DNA from: a virus
Taxonomy: Duplodnaviria; Heunggongvirae; Uroviricota; Caudoviricetes
IMG/VR virus record: IMGVR_UViG_3300037487_000968
Span: 13,280 to 77,279 of that record
Direction: 5' to 3' (one strand)
DNA length: 64,000 nucleotides
The notes under the pieces are model-generated. The model had not been told where the DNA came from and searched no databases. It saw nothing but the letters and a program-made list of their open reading frames with translations. A program made the position numbers and the translations under genes. This document shows, in pieces, positions 39,501 to 48,957 of the stretch (within the stretch, counting starts at the first letter, position 1; every line of letters begins with the position of its first letter).

Positions 39501-41313
39501 AAATGCAACGCCAAATATAGTATTTCAAACTCTTACGCAAGCTAACGATGCTTTAGTTGCTGGTAAACTAAATGTTGGTGATATTGTTGAAGTTTCCAAT
39601 GGTACAACCGATGGTCGATTCATATTATATGCAGTGGTTCAGCTTAACCCTAATGTCCCTACACTCAGCCTAAACGAAATAGGTATCGAAAATAGCGCAA
39701 TTAAATTACTAGATACAATTTATGTCGCAAATAATTTATATAGTTTACCACAAGAATTAAGACAATTATTAAATGCATTCAGGACAGAAGTTATGGTAGA
39801 TGCATATCTTGTAGACCAAAACGAATTATTCTTCTCGATGATAAACTATGTTATGAGTGAGCAGAGAAATCCTAATTGGGTATTTAAGACCTCTTACATT
39901 TATATCAAGGAAAATAATTTACCTTTATCACAAGATCAATTGTATGTACCGGATCAGATTAGTAATATTATTCAATATATCACTGATTCTAAACCATATC
40001 ATACACAGATAAGAGATTACACAAGTTCGAACGTAACATCCGATATTGCTGCTGGCAGTGCAACTGATAGTTATAATTGGAATATAAAGGTACAGTTTGG
40101 TCCAGATTATGCCGGTGAACAATATAATACCCCGGTAGGTAGTTTAGATGCCCTCACCTTTATTAATAACCCAGATCAGTTTGTTTCAAGAGACGATGTA
40201 TACTCGGTACCACTAACTTTCTTTGATTCAAGTAAAGTAGGATATTCTCGATTATACCCGTATACCTTTGATTTTAGTAGTTTAGGTTCTAGTGGATTTA
40301 TTTCTACACAAGATGATATTTTTAAAATAGTCGGTGTACAGATAGGAGAGGTGGCACTTATCGCCGAGCAAGATTTCTATGCTGAGTATAATGCTGATAC
40401 AACCTATACCATTTACTTCTATAATGATCCCGGAACTTCACCGGTGCCTGTTGCTCTTGTATGGTTCGGTGGAGGTCAATTAGCAACAATTAATAGTGAT
40501 ACATATAGAAACGAAACTGCTAATGGTATCGAGAGTACTGATGATCTAGTTATTAATGTTGATACAAAATTACCTGCCAATATAGATAGCGGGGTATATT
40601 CTGCGATTAACGATATGTGGGACCTAAATGACCCAGTTATAAAACAAATAATTGAGGCCGAAGGCGGCGAAGTAGGGTTCGGGAATAGTTTTTGGGATCA
40701 AAATACAACAAACCATATTCAACTTTTAAATAATACCATAAGCTTCAATGAAAATACAAACGCCAACGATGGCCCTAATTTCTATAGAAATGCAGAAATA
40801 TATTCCGGTATCCTGGTATTAGATTTACCTGCCCCTACAGCAGAAACAGAAAATCTTGATGTTATAACAGTAGCAGCAGCTTCTGACATTTTCCCAGATC
40901 CGGATAATACACACGGAACAATCTGGATCAATGGAGAACGCATCCAATATAGAATGAAAACTCCACACCCTACGTTAGCTAATACATGGGAATTGAGATT
41001 AATTCAGCGAGGAACAATGGGTACTGCCGCCGTCGCACATATTGTATCAACATACGGATATGCACCGTGGGGAAGTCTACTATGGACTATGCCATCGCAG
41101 GTGGTATGGGTTGAAAGAGCCAATATTATGCCAACAGAATCTAATACCATAGTATGGAATGCAGCAGATGCAAATGCCGACCCACTAACCGAAACCACAC
41201 CTGGTTCGGGCGATTATACAAATATTTCTCTTGTACCACTCGGTGGTCTATGGTATGCACAAACTCCAGAAGCCACTTTCTTAAAACAAGGTCAAGGCAT
41301 AAGTATACCATAG
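30586..41313 (+). CDS. Giant baseplate wedge/structural protein (gp7-like) with inserted beta-rich and carbohydrate-binding-like modules
   Basis: 3575 aa directly after gp6; repeated I..V.I..GG.GY modules; YNPGDIVRYNGIYY and YDKDDVVRY modules; C-terminal KPYHTQIR and GTIWINGERIQY motifs. Confidence 0.75.
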   Translation: MTQYITKLPAIFQTVTEKKFFDATFDQVFSKKDSDLLAGYIGRRTPGDYNPVTDFYLPEPSKNRTWWQLEATAFARTEDTTKSNIFFYEDLLERLGYYGANTLNQDRLFESEYYSFGPPIDYDMFINYQNYYWVEQGLSIISISGVLSTDIIGQASYTTPPTATPPNFTISTGMTISLVDDPVYGTPHVVENIGSCIGIRLVSQFSDFTQGTVFEYLPWDGSIELSTGRVINNLNWDINTWDTQTQPGSGDYITIERGSPDRNAWSRTNKWFHIDTIITTSTITGTSFPTNATRALRPIIQFIADLDLYKSGTQFRSEINYGFRDDAISQPLRLADYQGQSLLYINSTLDTDLHDKDLVCFFNDNTIISVDIIPWDMSGWSTSEWDSIVDTEINHYILQANLLLDGTINFTPYTAWSTPVLEGDIVFIISDAPYDGALRGSTWYFSLGIWLEAFNDKVSTNQSPLFQLYDHNGIELNDSITYPLSTFNGSKIFSYKINATPGASADPVLKFPIIYTALGQASDIIFQNNLMTNRYTYGSALIPIDGYYYYKTVTNPVLFNNWNLYQPCPCSNIVPPPPVNCLETSKQRVIDKFVVGYGSEYQFKLSVEPYGYPESPDLVVSVNGIEVKNSSEQTNGYTFVEINNAIYVDLAAYLAPLLLTTQSQPPVVEVQTYTHGLLDPSAIGYFEIPQQLEANPNQLEVYEISGSNLTQQFASIITNQIGATGSGFGGPNNYRDTRKNRSVGAYILQNTAPLLKTMLISSSNDLDFIVGERFSQDEYTKFKNKYLRTALQLINRGFDPVQYHNNTIVVSAWVDEILKTVNVSNEFSNAFAYSYMIANGSPYMDESQVVPISGEISLTNYIDLSDPRNALYTYDTTGQETLLIIGEDYEIVSTNLSIDILFNLDRVPAGSTVFFALYKNPLPAYIPSTPSKIGAYATYLPRIELDTSYIVPTNVIIGHDGSKTIAYGDYRDQLLLELEKRIYNLIQYRFRNQYYLPLRIESVKSGYFRQTRYSRQEYLDITNSYLNKWCAKNKANYRANDWYSMYDNPAVVPSFTPGVGNIWKLYNYRSAVDNTGQSLNLPGNWKGIFQYYYDTYCPDTRPWEMLGFNEQPSWWVAQYGPGITNLAGQTVWPNTPIYALMWADIEYGIIRQGPSAIYDPVTTLPQEQPMWARPGLSAIIPVNAVGEIIPVPTLFSMAFSGNFYEPFDHFDAEWVYGDGAPVEQAWMSTSAYIFSVQEFLYLMKPAVYGEFMWDTLGTELSPGKIIVPEITSVGPVFELGTMIGGSLYTNGTYNNVTLPGGTGHQAKATIIVSSNSILSVTITSAGYKYTVGDILTALASDIGGTGSGFSISVAAVVAIPVISNTNWQFVQNDTFTNRDPFFAWMRPKNADQVVHAESIDGTIQIRYGYQRWISDRILFLGKDVTSTFGQKVRTLDVNLANKLAGFTNKDTTNTYIESVSPAALTNSLIIPSTNFNVILHKSPVVDTYSYSGIIIRALADGTFAVYGYDLLSAEFITLARSNATLIDISIGGTPAAYQYFATGATYNPGDIVRYNGIYYTSLVTQTTQKFISDNYQKLKSLPIIGGISVSYKPVSTDTIVKIPYGSVLKTAQDVFDLMIGWGSYLESQGWKFDEVNQDTNQLSDWLASAKQFLFWLNTSWAPDASIQLSPLANKATLVVSRGYPNDVESLSNGVYSILDKFGVAIAPNNTSTNRDGMLITVEPATLASGGIYYLQVSTSEIEHVLMFDNITSFNDTVYSPLLRARQQRLRFNGFRSNAWYGKMEAPGYLVIDSQLVPNFDTIVESMRYYYDPNTTIDNPSLEDLGRHLIGYESKSYLDNLQVANDVQYLFYQGAIKQKGTAQAFDKLFRSTKVQSNEIIEVYEEWALKLGKFGNTIEQVSTEFVLQPEQNTGEVIVARLNFIPSTIGFVRQINILNAQNIYTSVPKIIVSLPDATPSTWSIFDPLHQYDKDDVVRYDDVQGNPVYYSSNDSDNTGNAPSSTSAYWTIVLKTWVTKAYIVLDAAGRISRVDITEPGYGYLKAPTIGINSGTELHDLDKLYSIWQGEIINDTSLDNIIDIDIDQTDVWTVRPNDPSYSLEFPTTDKIDYSLPNAGYVNFNDVTWSSFDVTQTAVGWGTSALNPAESDTLWIAKTFTEDWSVYKMVAFNNTWSVTKDTDNNLLLLTEQSADATLNIAPQGPASITAKLVNGYISAINVVTGGSDYDDALNMTAGFITITDLVSGAPDEAATAVAAISNGTITSIIITHGGAGYILPVINIPAPTDIIGIQAVATAEALFQVEIDAIVNGGGFYSSAPTISFIGEAIVPAEATATITDGIITGVTIDILHPGAYSVLPTISVSQADNISTAILTPVVNQITGAIESVDIANAGTGYTVGATITATRVIDPDPAFIDAVFEITSIEANGEIISIDVTVQGTGYQSTNPGIIIPQLSDSVIGDKTDFGNMVVLQQVVNSKVIAENNYTVGILPYTTTDYTSPGTYTDPTTLVTYNAYYLTTLAGIPITTDDIGNYADFTNLLLYKTMRWYTMPTTPAYIVANDKIWVDNINNIWSVQKYNGATYSTFRQQESLIDSSLFESASVFATSSKDELVQLPIYDPFKNILPGPAKQNITYISMQDPASYNVTADASLFSENIKFAERQVGQLWWDISSTRYVYYEQPIALDGSETNTDNIIYRRNHWGQIFPGSSVAIYEWVRSSVPPALYTGTGVPKDTTTYVQARTSNRFTGNTETNYYFWVLNTTDKPNKENRTMAAIDVSRMLQAPKSQGFAFFCPIQQTSTNNCYMFYNIQQVLAYRGNNVQIKYRLTERNDQEHVQWAFFREGDTGSIITDQFWNKMVDSLCGYTKVLPISDEYNGIVVAGNPWDMSTWDMLEWDTYGEILPVPDSTLSEGEKYGIDYRPRQSMFVLLNAARKVFVQSANALLKYIAIRDNNPSWNNNVSLGNYWTYTDWYAVGYENATPNIVFQTLTQANDALVAGKLNVGDIVEVSNGTTDGRFILYAVVQLNPNVPTLSLNEIGIENSAIKLLDTIYVANNLYSLPQELRQLLNAFRTEVMVDAYLVDQNELFFSMINYVMSEQRNPNWVFKTSYIYIKENNLPLSQDQLYVPDQISNIIQYITDSKPYHTQIRDYTSSNVTSDIAAGSATDSYNWNIKVQFGPDYAGEQYNTPVGSLDALTFINNPDQFVSRDDVYSVPLTFFDSSKVGYSRLYPYTFDFSSLGSSGFISTQDDIFKIVGVQIGEVALIAEQDFYAEYNADTTYTIYFYNDPGTSPVPVALVWFGGGQLATINSDTYRNETANGIESTDDLVINVDTKLPANIDSGVYSAINDMWDLNDPVIKQIIEAEGGEVGFGNSFWDQNTTNHIQLLNNTISFNENTNANDGPNFYRNAEIYSGILVLDLPAPTAETENLDVITVAAASDIFPDPDNTHGTIWINGERIQYRMKTPHPTLANTWELRLIQRGTMGTAAVAHIVSTYGYAPWGSLLWTMPSQVVWVERANIMPTESNTIVWNAADANADPLTETTPGSGDYTNISLVPLGGLWYAQTPEATFLKQGQGISIP

Positions 41314-41331
41314 TAAACTAGGTAGATAATA

Positions 41332-41484
41332 ATGAAGATAAATAAAGAAAACGATGATAAAGAACAAAAACCCGAACCTAAAAAAGATGACGGGTTTATT
41401 GATATAGCATACATGGATGTTCAATGTCATTTGATAATAAAAGATAAAGATACTGGTGAAATACTAGTAAATAAAAGGGGTTAA
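41332..41484 (+). CDS. Small virion-region protein (50 aa, below ORF-track cutoff)
   Basis: MKINKENDDKEQKPEPKKDDGFIDIAYMDVQCHLIIKDKDTGEILVNKRG fills the gap exactly; stop is 1 nt before the next ATG; start uncertain because GATAAATA lies at 41337-41344. Confidence 0.55.
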   Translation: MKINKENDDKEQKPEPKKDDGFIDIAYMDVQCHLIIKDKDTGEILVNKRG

Positions 41485-41485
41485 G

Positions 41486-42238
41486 ATGCTAGATACATAT
41501 CGTGCTTCTATACAAGGGTTTGTTAAGATCAGAGATAAAGATACTAATGAAATATTAGTAGACACACATAATGATGTACTATATGGAAATATGTCTGCTG
41601 CATTGGCACACTCTCTTATAGGTAATTCTAATAGTTTCTTATACTATATGGCCTTCGGCAATGGCGGAGCATACATTGGCCCAACAGGCACAATTTCATA
41701 TAAACCTTCGTTGGGTGGTGCCGGCAGTCTAATTAAAAACCCTACGGCTAATTTGTATAACACAATTTATGTAAAAAAACTATCTAACGATGCAACAGAC
41801 ATAACTAGTTATGATCCGTTATCAAGAGCATATATTTCTGCAGAAAATTATGCAACAAATTATGAAGATATTATTGTAGATGTTACAATAGGATATAGCG
41901 AACCACCTGCATCAATATCTTCCAGTGCTATTCAACAATCTTCAATTGATAATTCTACTTTTGTGGGTACACCGGACACATTAACAGTAACTTCTAACAC
42001 ACTTGTATTCAACGAAATAGGTTTATTCTCAGGTTCAAATAATTTATTTACAGGTGGTTTTACAGCAGATACAGCTGATGTAGATAATTTTGTTATACAA
42101 ACTCCTAACTTTTCAGGAATTGCTGGATCAAAATCAAAATTAATGTTAACACACGTAATTTTTCACCCTATACAGAAATCTGCTAATAGATCTCTTGAAA
42201 TTATTTATACACTTAGAATACAAATGGGTGCATTATAA
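41486..42238 (+). CDS. Baseplate/tail-fibre attachment structural protein
   Basis: YMAFGNGG, VFNEIGLF, HVIFHPIQKSANRSLEIIYTLRI motifs, typical of tail-collar/fibre attachment proteins. Confidence 0.65.
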   Translation: MLDTYRASIQGFVKIRDKDTNEILVDTHNDVLYGNMSAALAHSLIGNSNSFLYYMAFGNGGAYIGPTGTISYKPSLGGAGSLIKNPTANLYNTIYVKKLSNDATDITSYDPLSRAYISAENYATNYEDIIVDVTIGYSEPPASISSSAIQQSSIDNSTFVGTPDTLTVTSNTLVFNEIGLFSGSNNLFTGGFTADTADVDNFVIQTPNFSGIAGSKSKLMLTHVIFHPIQKSANRSLEIIYTLRIQMGAL

Positions 42239-42241
42239 TTT

Positions 42242-43344
<1,103 letters not shown>

Positions 43345-43345
<1 letters not shown>

Positions 43346-44871
43346 TGCGTGAATATATTATTACAGTTAATGATCCAGCAATATGGGATACCGGCCTATG
43401 GAAAGAACTAACAGTTGATGGTCTAGGCGATAACTTTATCCCTGCACGAGCAATTGAAGTTTTAAATGAGAGACCTTTTAATGACTTTTCTGCTCATTTT
43501 AATTTAACAGACGAAGAGGCAATTGCAATTAGGCAAGATTCGCGTATTGCATTTGTCGAATTACAGGCTGATTTACAAGAAGGTGTTATCAAAGAACACT
43601 TTGGAACAAGAACAACATATACATACGATAAAAGCAATTCAACTACAAATACAATGAAAAATTGGGGATTACTTAGGGCAAATGGTCTAACCAATCCTTT
43701 TGTTTCCTCAACAGCGATAAGTACTGGTCTTACTTATAATCTAGACGGAACAGGGGTTGATATTATTGTTGTTGACTCAGGTGTGGAAGCAGGCCATCCA
43801 GAGTTTGCTGTCAACACTGACGGTACTGGTGGATCTAGAGTAGTAGACTTTGACTGGGCAAGCCTTGGTGTTCCAGGCACACCCTCGGGCCCAAGCATTG
43901 GTGGCTACTTAGGTGACGGAAATGGCCACGGATGCAATTGCGCTAGTATTTCTGCCGGTAATACATGCGGCTGGGCTAGTGGTGCTGCAATTTATAGCTT
44001 AAGAATCTTTGCCGGCAACAGTATTATGAATGGTGCATATCTAGGGGCAATCAGTTCCGATATTTGTTTTGATATAGTTCGTGCGTTTCACCTAGCTAAA
44101 GTAGCCGCAGGCAATACTCGCCCGACTATTTGTACAAATAGCTGGGGATATCGTTCTACTTATAGTTATATGGTTTCAACTGTATGGCGAGGAAGCACAT
44201 ATGTCGGGACATCGACTAATACAGCATATGGCCAGGTTAATTATGTCCACCCTTATGTTGTGAATTATTTAGATATTAGTGCCACGAATTGTGTTAATGC
44301 CGGCGTTATCTTAGTCGGTGCCGCTGGGAATTATTATCACAAAATCGATGTTCCCACCGGTGTTGATTACAACAATTATTATAATAACTCAGTGTACGGA
44401 CTGACCTATTATCATCGCGGAAGTAGTCCAACTCGGGCCGATGGATTTATTAATATTGGCGCTGTTGATAATACCACAACCGAGCAGAAAGCAACCTTTA
44501 GCGAAACAGGCCCACGTGTTGACATATATAGTCCCGGCGTAATGATTATGGGTGCATATGCAAATAAAGCATATAATACTGCTGCTGTGCAAGATTCGAG
44601 AAACCCTATATATTATCTTAATAAAATCTCTGGAACAAGTCAGGCCACACCGCAGGTTACCGGGCTGTTGGCATGCGTGCTACAGGCACGCCCTGGTATG
44701 ACACCTGCACAGGCTAAGCAGTTCTTAATAGAAAATAGTACACAAGGGATGTTAGATGAAAATGCGGCGGGAGGTACAGTATATACGAATACTCGTTATC
44801 TGCAAGGTGGTGTAAATCGCTATCTTTACCAGCCGTTTAATAATTCAATTCGGGGATCAATTGTTAGTTAA
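43345..44871 (+). CDS. Subtilisin-family (S8) serine protease
   Basis: Catalytic triad motifs VVDSG, GNGHG, SGTSQATP; oxyanion AAGN; prodomain-like N-terminus; ATG 43345 overlaps the fibre stop (TAATG). Confidence 0.9.
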
Positions 44872-44890
44872 ATGATATCTTACATAAAAT

Positions 44891-44898
44891 GATAAATA
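44891..44898 (+). promoter_or_regulatory. Late promoter element GATAAATA
   Basis: Intergenic, followed by GAGG SD and ATG 44923. Confidence 0.7.
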
Positions 44899-44922
44899 AC
44901 AAAACAGAGGAATTTTAAGTAT

Positions 44923-45501
44923 ATGTCATATACAATTCACAAATCAGATGGACAATTAGTAACAGTTGCCGATAATTCGCTTGACACGACATACTATGTT
45001 GATTCAGTACCGCCCGGTACTGGAGCAGGAACTATACTTGTCGGCAGAAACACAATCGATTACGGTGCATCTATTGCACAGAACTTCTTGCAGATGACTG
45101 AGAATTTCGCAAGTATAACAGGCACATTTCCAAGCGATACTAAGGCTTTACAAGGTCAGCTATGGTTTGATAAAACTATAAGAAGTTTGTATGTAAGAGT
45201 AACAGCTACAACATCCGGTGGTTTGGCTAATTGGGAAAAGATTGTTACGGTAGATAACAGTGGAAATGCACAAGTCGATGGTGACCTTACAGTAACAGGC
45301 GATACACACTTAGAGGGCGGATTAACAGTTGATGGTGCAATTACTGCAGAAGGTGGATTACACGTACCGGTTACCTTTACTGCGTTTCCTCTTGTACCAC
45401 CACAGGTAGCACAAAACGGAGATCTGCTTGTTGTAGGTTCTGTAGTTTCTATATATGCTGGTGGTGCCTGGAAACAAATATTCCCACCAATTTACTCTTA
45501 A
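44923..45501 (+). CDS. Short fibre-like structural protein, paralog of the 42242 N-terminal domain
   Basis: [37 protein letters not shown] shared with the collagen fibre. Confidence 0.75.
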   Translation: MSYTIHKSDGQLVTVADNSLDTTYYVDSVPPGTGAGTILVGRNTIDYGASIAQNFLQMTENFASITGTFPSDTKALQGQLWFDKTIRSLYVRVTATTSGGLANWEKIVTVDNSGNAQVDGDLTVTGDTHLEGGLTVDGAITAEGGLHVPVTFTAFPLVPPQVAQNGDLLVVGSVVSIYAGGAWKQIFPPIYS

Positions 45502-45516
45502 TAGGCAGGCCAAAGA

Positions 45517-46794
45517 ATGACTTATCACAAGTATGGTTTAATACAGGCTGCAACATATAATGCATATGCAGCTCTTATAAATAGTATATATGCAGATACA
45601 AATGCAGGTTCTGTCACTGAAACGTCGGCAGATTATGGATACGGACAAGCAACTACCATACCTACAGTAGCAGTTGGTAACAATATTACCGCTGCTCAAT
45701 GGACCGCACTCTTTGGCAAAATCACACTTTGTGGTACACACCAGGGTGTTAGTGTTTCCCCAATACCGTCTTCGGTATCTACAGGTAATTTAATTACTGC
45801 ATATAATGAATATCTAACAACAACTACATTAACAGATGTGGTCAGTAGACTAATTGCAAATAGAATGATTGTTGCTGTCGGCGATCTTGCTAGTGCATCT
45901 CAACCAACGCAAACTTCTGCATTAACTTGGACAACCGGCCTTCAATACACGTTTAGCATGGATTTCAGTACATGGGATAATGCAAGACACTATTTTAATA
46001 CCGGGGGTTCCGTAGTAATAGGTGGCGCACATCCTACTGGCGATCCCGATAATGCTTATTGGTCGGCTATCTTTACCGCTATGGGATCTCTTAAGTTTAC
46101 CTGGCACGATACAATCCCAGCAAATGGTTCGGGGCCTGGATCGAATAAAGGATTTTACGATTTAACAACAACCTATGCTCGAATCTATCAAAGATCAAAC
46201 ACAACAGGTTATCCTAGTTATACAAATAACTATATAGCAATATATGCAAAATTAAATGCTGCGGCTGGTACTAATGGTAGAATTGATTTCCTAATTCAAC
46301 TAATCGATAATGACCCAACTCCCAATACAAAGACTGTTGGCACACAATACTTTATTAGTAATTTAACCTCAACCGGTATCCTTAGCACTATAAGTTATAC
46401 CGGCACAACATCATTTATTGCAGGATCATTCTCGACAATAGCTAGTATTGCATACCCAGGCGTACCTTTAGCATTAAGTATGACACCGACTACAATAGCA
46501 GCAGTTGTAACGGGTGGTGGCGCCGGAACTGCCACAACATCATCAGTAGCTGTAACAGCATCGGGTGGTACAGCACCTTATACATACGCATGGACAAATG
46601 AAGCTGGAACTGTATCTTTCTCTGCTCCTACATCAGCGACTACTACATTCAGTAGGGTAATGACTAGTGGTGAGATTGCATCAGGTACAGCAAGATGTAC
46701 AGTAACAGACTCTGCTTTACCAACACACAATACCACTTATATGCCAATTAACTGGTCAATGAATAGTAATGCGCTAAACGATACGAGTGCGTAA
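45517..46794 (+). CDS. Virion structural protein with C-terminal Ig-like segment
   Basis: Thr/Ser/Gly-rich; ARHYFNTGG motif; VTASGGTAPYTYAW...CTVTDS Ig-like strand pattern. Confidence 0.65.
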   Translation: MTYHKYGLIQAATYNAYAALINSIYADTNAGSVTETSADYGYGQATTIPTVAVGNNITAAQWTALFGKITLCGTHQGVSVSPIPSSVSTGNLITAYNEYLTTTTLTDVVSRLIANRMIVAVGDLASASQPTQTSALTWTTGLQYTFSMDFSTWDNARHYFNTGGSVVIGGAHPTGDPDNAYWSAIFTAMGSLKFTWHDTIPANGSGPGSNKGFYDLTTTYARIYQRSNTTGYPSYTNNYIAIYAKLNAAAGTNGRIDFLIQLIDNDPTPNTKTVGTQYFISNLTSTGILSTISYTGTTSFIAGSFSTIASIAYPGVPLALSMTPTTIAAVVTGGGAGTATTSSVAVTASGGTAPYTYAWTNEAGTVSFSAPTSATTTFSRVMTSGEIASGTARCTVTDSALPTHNTTYMPINWSMNSNALNDTSA

Positions 46795-46814
46795 ACAGCC
46801 TAAGTTCTAAACTA

Positions 46815-46860
46815 AAAACCTCTGTTAAAACTATAGATAAATAGTGTTAACGGAGGTTTT
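46815..46860 (+). promoter_or_regulatory. RBS-sequestering hairpin containing a late promoter
   Basis: AAAACCTCTGTTAA (46815-46828) pairs with TTAACGGAGGTTTT (46847-46860, one G:U), covering the GGAGG SD; GATAAATA at 46836-46843 in the apex. Confidence 0.8.
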
Positions 46861-46862
46861 CC

Positions 46863-47222
46863 ATGGAAGAAAGATTACAAAAAGCACTCGAGTTTGCTAA
46901 CTATAGACAAACTCTCAACAATCAACTACATAAGATAAAAATTCGAGCAGAAGGATTACTTATATTTGCTAAGAACGGTGGCAATTTTAATGTCAATCAG
47001 GAATTAATTTGCTTCTTAGATTATCTTGTTCGCACTGGCATAACTGAAACAAGTATCCTCGATAGTGATAATATCCCTGTACAAATTGCCGATGTGGCTG
47101 AATTTCTTAAAGAAATCACAAGACGCTATTTTGAAGTGACAGATGACTATCTGAAAGAATATCAAGATATACGAAAATTAAGAAATGTTAAATCTATTGT
47201 TGACCTAAAGGATGACGAATGA
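46863..47222 (+). CDS. Hypothetical protein, first gene of the modification operon
   Basis: 119 aa, strong GGAGG SD, stop overlaps next ATG (ATGA). Confidence 0.7.
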   Translation: MEERLQKALEFANYRQTLNNQLHKIKIRAEGLLIFAKNGGNFNVNQELICFLDYLVRTGITETSILDSDNIPVQIADVAEFLKEITRRYFEVTDDYLKEYQDIRKLRNVKSIVDLKDDE

Positions 47223-48124
47223 CACGCGGTGTATTAATGTTCGCACATAATAATACTGAGATTGATTATCTCAAAATTGCCTGTGCGAATGCGTTAATGG
47301 TGAAGAAAAATCTAAATGTACCTGTTACTTTAGTAACAGATATAGACACATTAAAATGGGGAAGAACATCTCTCGGTAAAGAATTACTGGATAGTTGTTT
47401 TGAAAAAGTCCGTGTAGTTCCTAGAGATTATAAATTTAATAATAGTAGAAACTTCTCAGACACTGCATTTAACACCAAACCTCTACAATTCTACAATTGC
47501 AATCATTGGACCGCATATAGATTTTCACCATACGATGAAACACTATTCATAGATTGTGATTATTTAATAATGAGTTCTGCGCTTAGTAATTGTTGGGGAA
47601 GTAATTATGATGTAATGATTAATAGTAATATCTATACACCACTTAATGAAACTAATCCATTCTCTAAGAAAGTAGACGAATTAGGTATTACACTATATTG
47701 GGCAACTGTGATTTATTTTAAGAAATCGTCTTTAGCAGAGCATATGTTTTCTTTAGTTAAACACATTCAGAGCAATTACGGGTATTACAGAGATCTATAC
47801 GGATTCTCTAGTGGAATGTTTAGAAATGACAATGCATTCAGCATAGCAGTCCATACATTAAATGGATTCAATACAGAAGAGCCGAGTATTCAACAATTAC
47901 CTATACCGGGATTATTAATGTCCTGGGATACAGATGATATTCAAGATGTCAATGGGATAAACGATATCACTCTTTATTCAGAAAAGACAGGTAAAACAGG
48001 TGAATATATTCTAACTAGATTAAAGGGTATGGATGTTCATATTATGAATAAATGGGCAATTAATCGCCATGCTGATAAATTAATTAATCTCTATAAGGAT
48101 GATACATGTCACGCGGATATTTAA
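47219..48124 (+). CDS. GT-A fold nucleotide-sugar glycosyltransferase
   Basis: RGVLMFA start, SPYDETLFIDCD (DxD), WATVIYFKK, FRNDNAFSIA. Confidence 0.75.
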   Translation: MTRGVLMFAHNNTEIDYLKIACANALMVKKNLNVPVTLVTDIDTLKWGRTSLGKELLDSCFEKVRVVPRDYKFNNSRNFSDTAFNTKPLQFYNCNHWTAYRFSPYDETLFIDCDYLIMSSALSNCWGSNYDVMINSNIYTPLNETNPFSKKVDELGITLYWATVIYFKKSSLAEHMFSLVKHIQSNYGYYRDLYGFSSGMFRNDNAFSIAVHTLNGFNTEEPSIQQLPIPGLLMSWDTDDIQDVNGINDITLYSEKTGKTGEYILTRLKGMDVHIMNKWAINRHADKLINLYKDDTCHADI

Positions 48125-48957
48125 TTTTAGCACAAGATACAAAGAAACATGATTATACAAAACTTGCGTATGCGCTGGCGTTAAGTATAAAAAATTCTCA
48201 AGGTATGGTAAACAAGGTAGCATTGGCCACAACATCAGACAATATACCCGATAAGTATCATGAAGTTTTTGATGCTGTGATAGATGTACCTTGGACAGAT
48301 CAAGCAGAATATTCTAAATGGAAAATCGAGAATAAATGGAAGTATTATTATATGACTCCGTTTGACGAAACCATTATATTAGATGCTGATATGTTATTCC
48401 CAACAGATATTAGCCATTGGTGGGATATCTTATCGCAGAAAGATATATGGATCACGGATAAACCCAGGACCTATAGAGGAGAAATAATAACCTCAACAGA
48501 ATATAGACCGACCTTTGTTGCAAACAATTTGCCCAATGTTTATACAGCATTTATGTATTTTAAGAAGAGCCAAATTGCAGCAGAATTATTTAAAATGGTA
48601 GAAATAATTTTCGAAAATTGGGAAAGATTCTTCTACAACTATTTAGACGAAACTCGACCTAAGCACCTATCGGGTGATGTTGCCTATGCTTTAGCAATCA
48701 AATTATTAGGCATCGAAAACGAGTGTTTTGGTAATTCTTCGTTTGTACCATCGTTTGTACATATGAAATCGTTATTACAAGATGTAGATGAAAAATATAT
48801 AACCGAAGATTGGACAGAACACTTCCCTACACACTTTGCAGACAATGGGACTTTTAAGATTGGTAACTACGAACAAACATTGCCCTTTCATTATCAAATT
48901 AAATCTTGGTTAAAAGATGATATGATTACAACTCTAGAAAAAAGGCTCGATATATGA
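48106..48957 (+). CDS. GT-A fold nucleotide-sugar glycosyltransferase, paralog of upstream gene
   Basis: RGYLILA start, TPFDETIILDAD (DxD), AFMYFKK, FVHMK. Confidence 0.75.
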   Translation: MSRGYLILAQDTKKHDYTKLAYALALSIKNSQGMVNKVALATTSDNIPDKYHEVFDAVIDVPWTDQAEYSKWKIENKWKYYYMTPFDETIILDADMLFPTDISHWWDILSQKDIWITDKPRTYRGEIITSTEYRPTFVANNLPNVYTAFMYFKKSQIAAELFKMVEIIFENWERFFYNYLDETRPKHLSGDVAYALAIKLLGIENECFGNSSFVPSFVHMKSLLQDVDEKYITEDWTEHFPTHFADNGTFKIGNYEQTLPFHYQIKSWLKDDMITTLEKRLDI

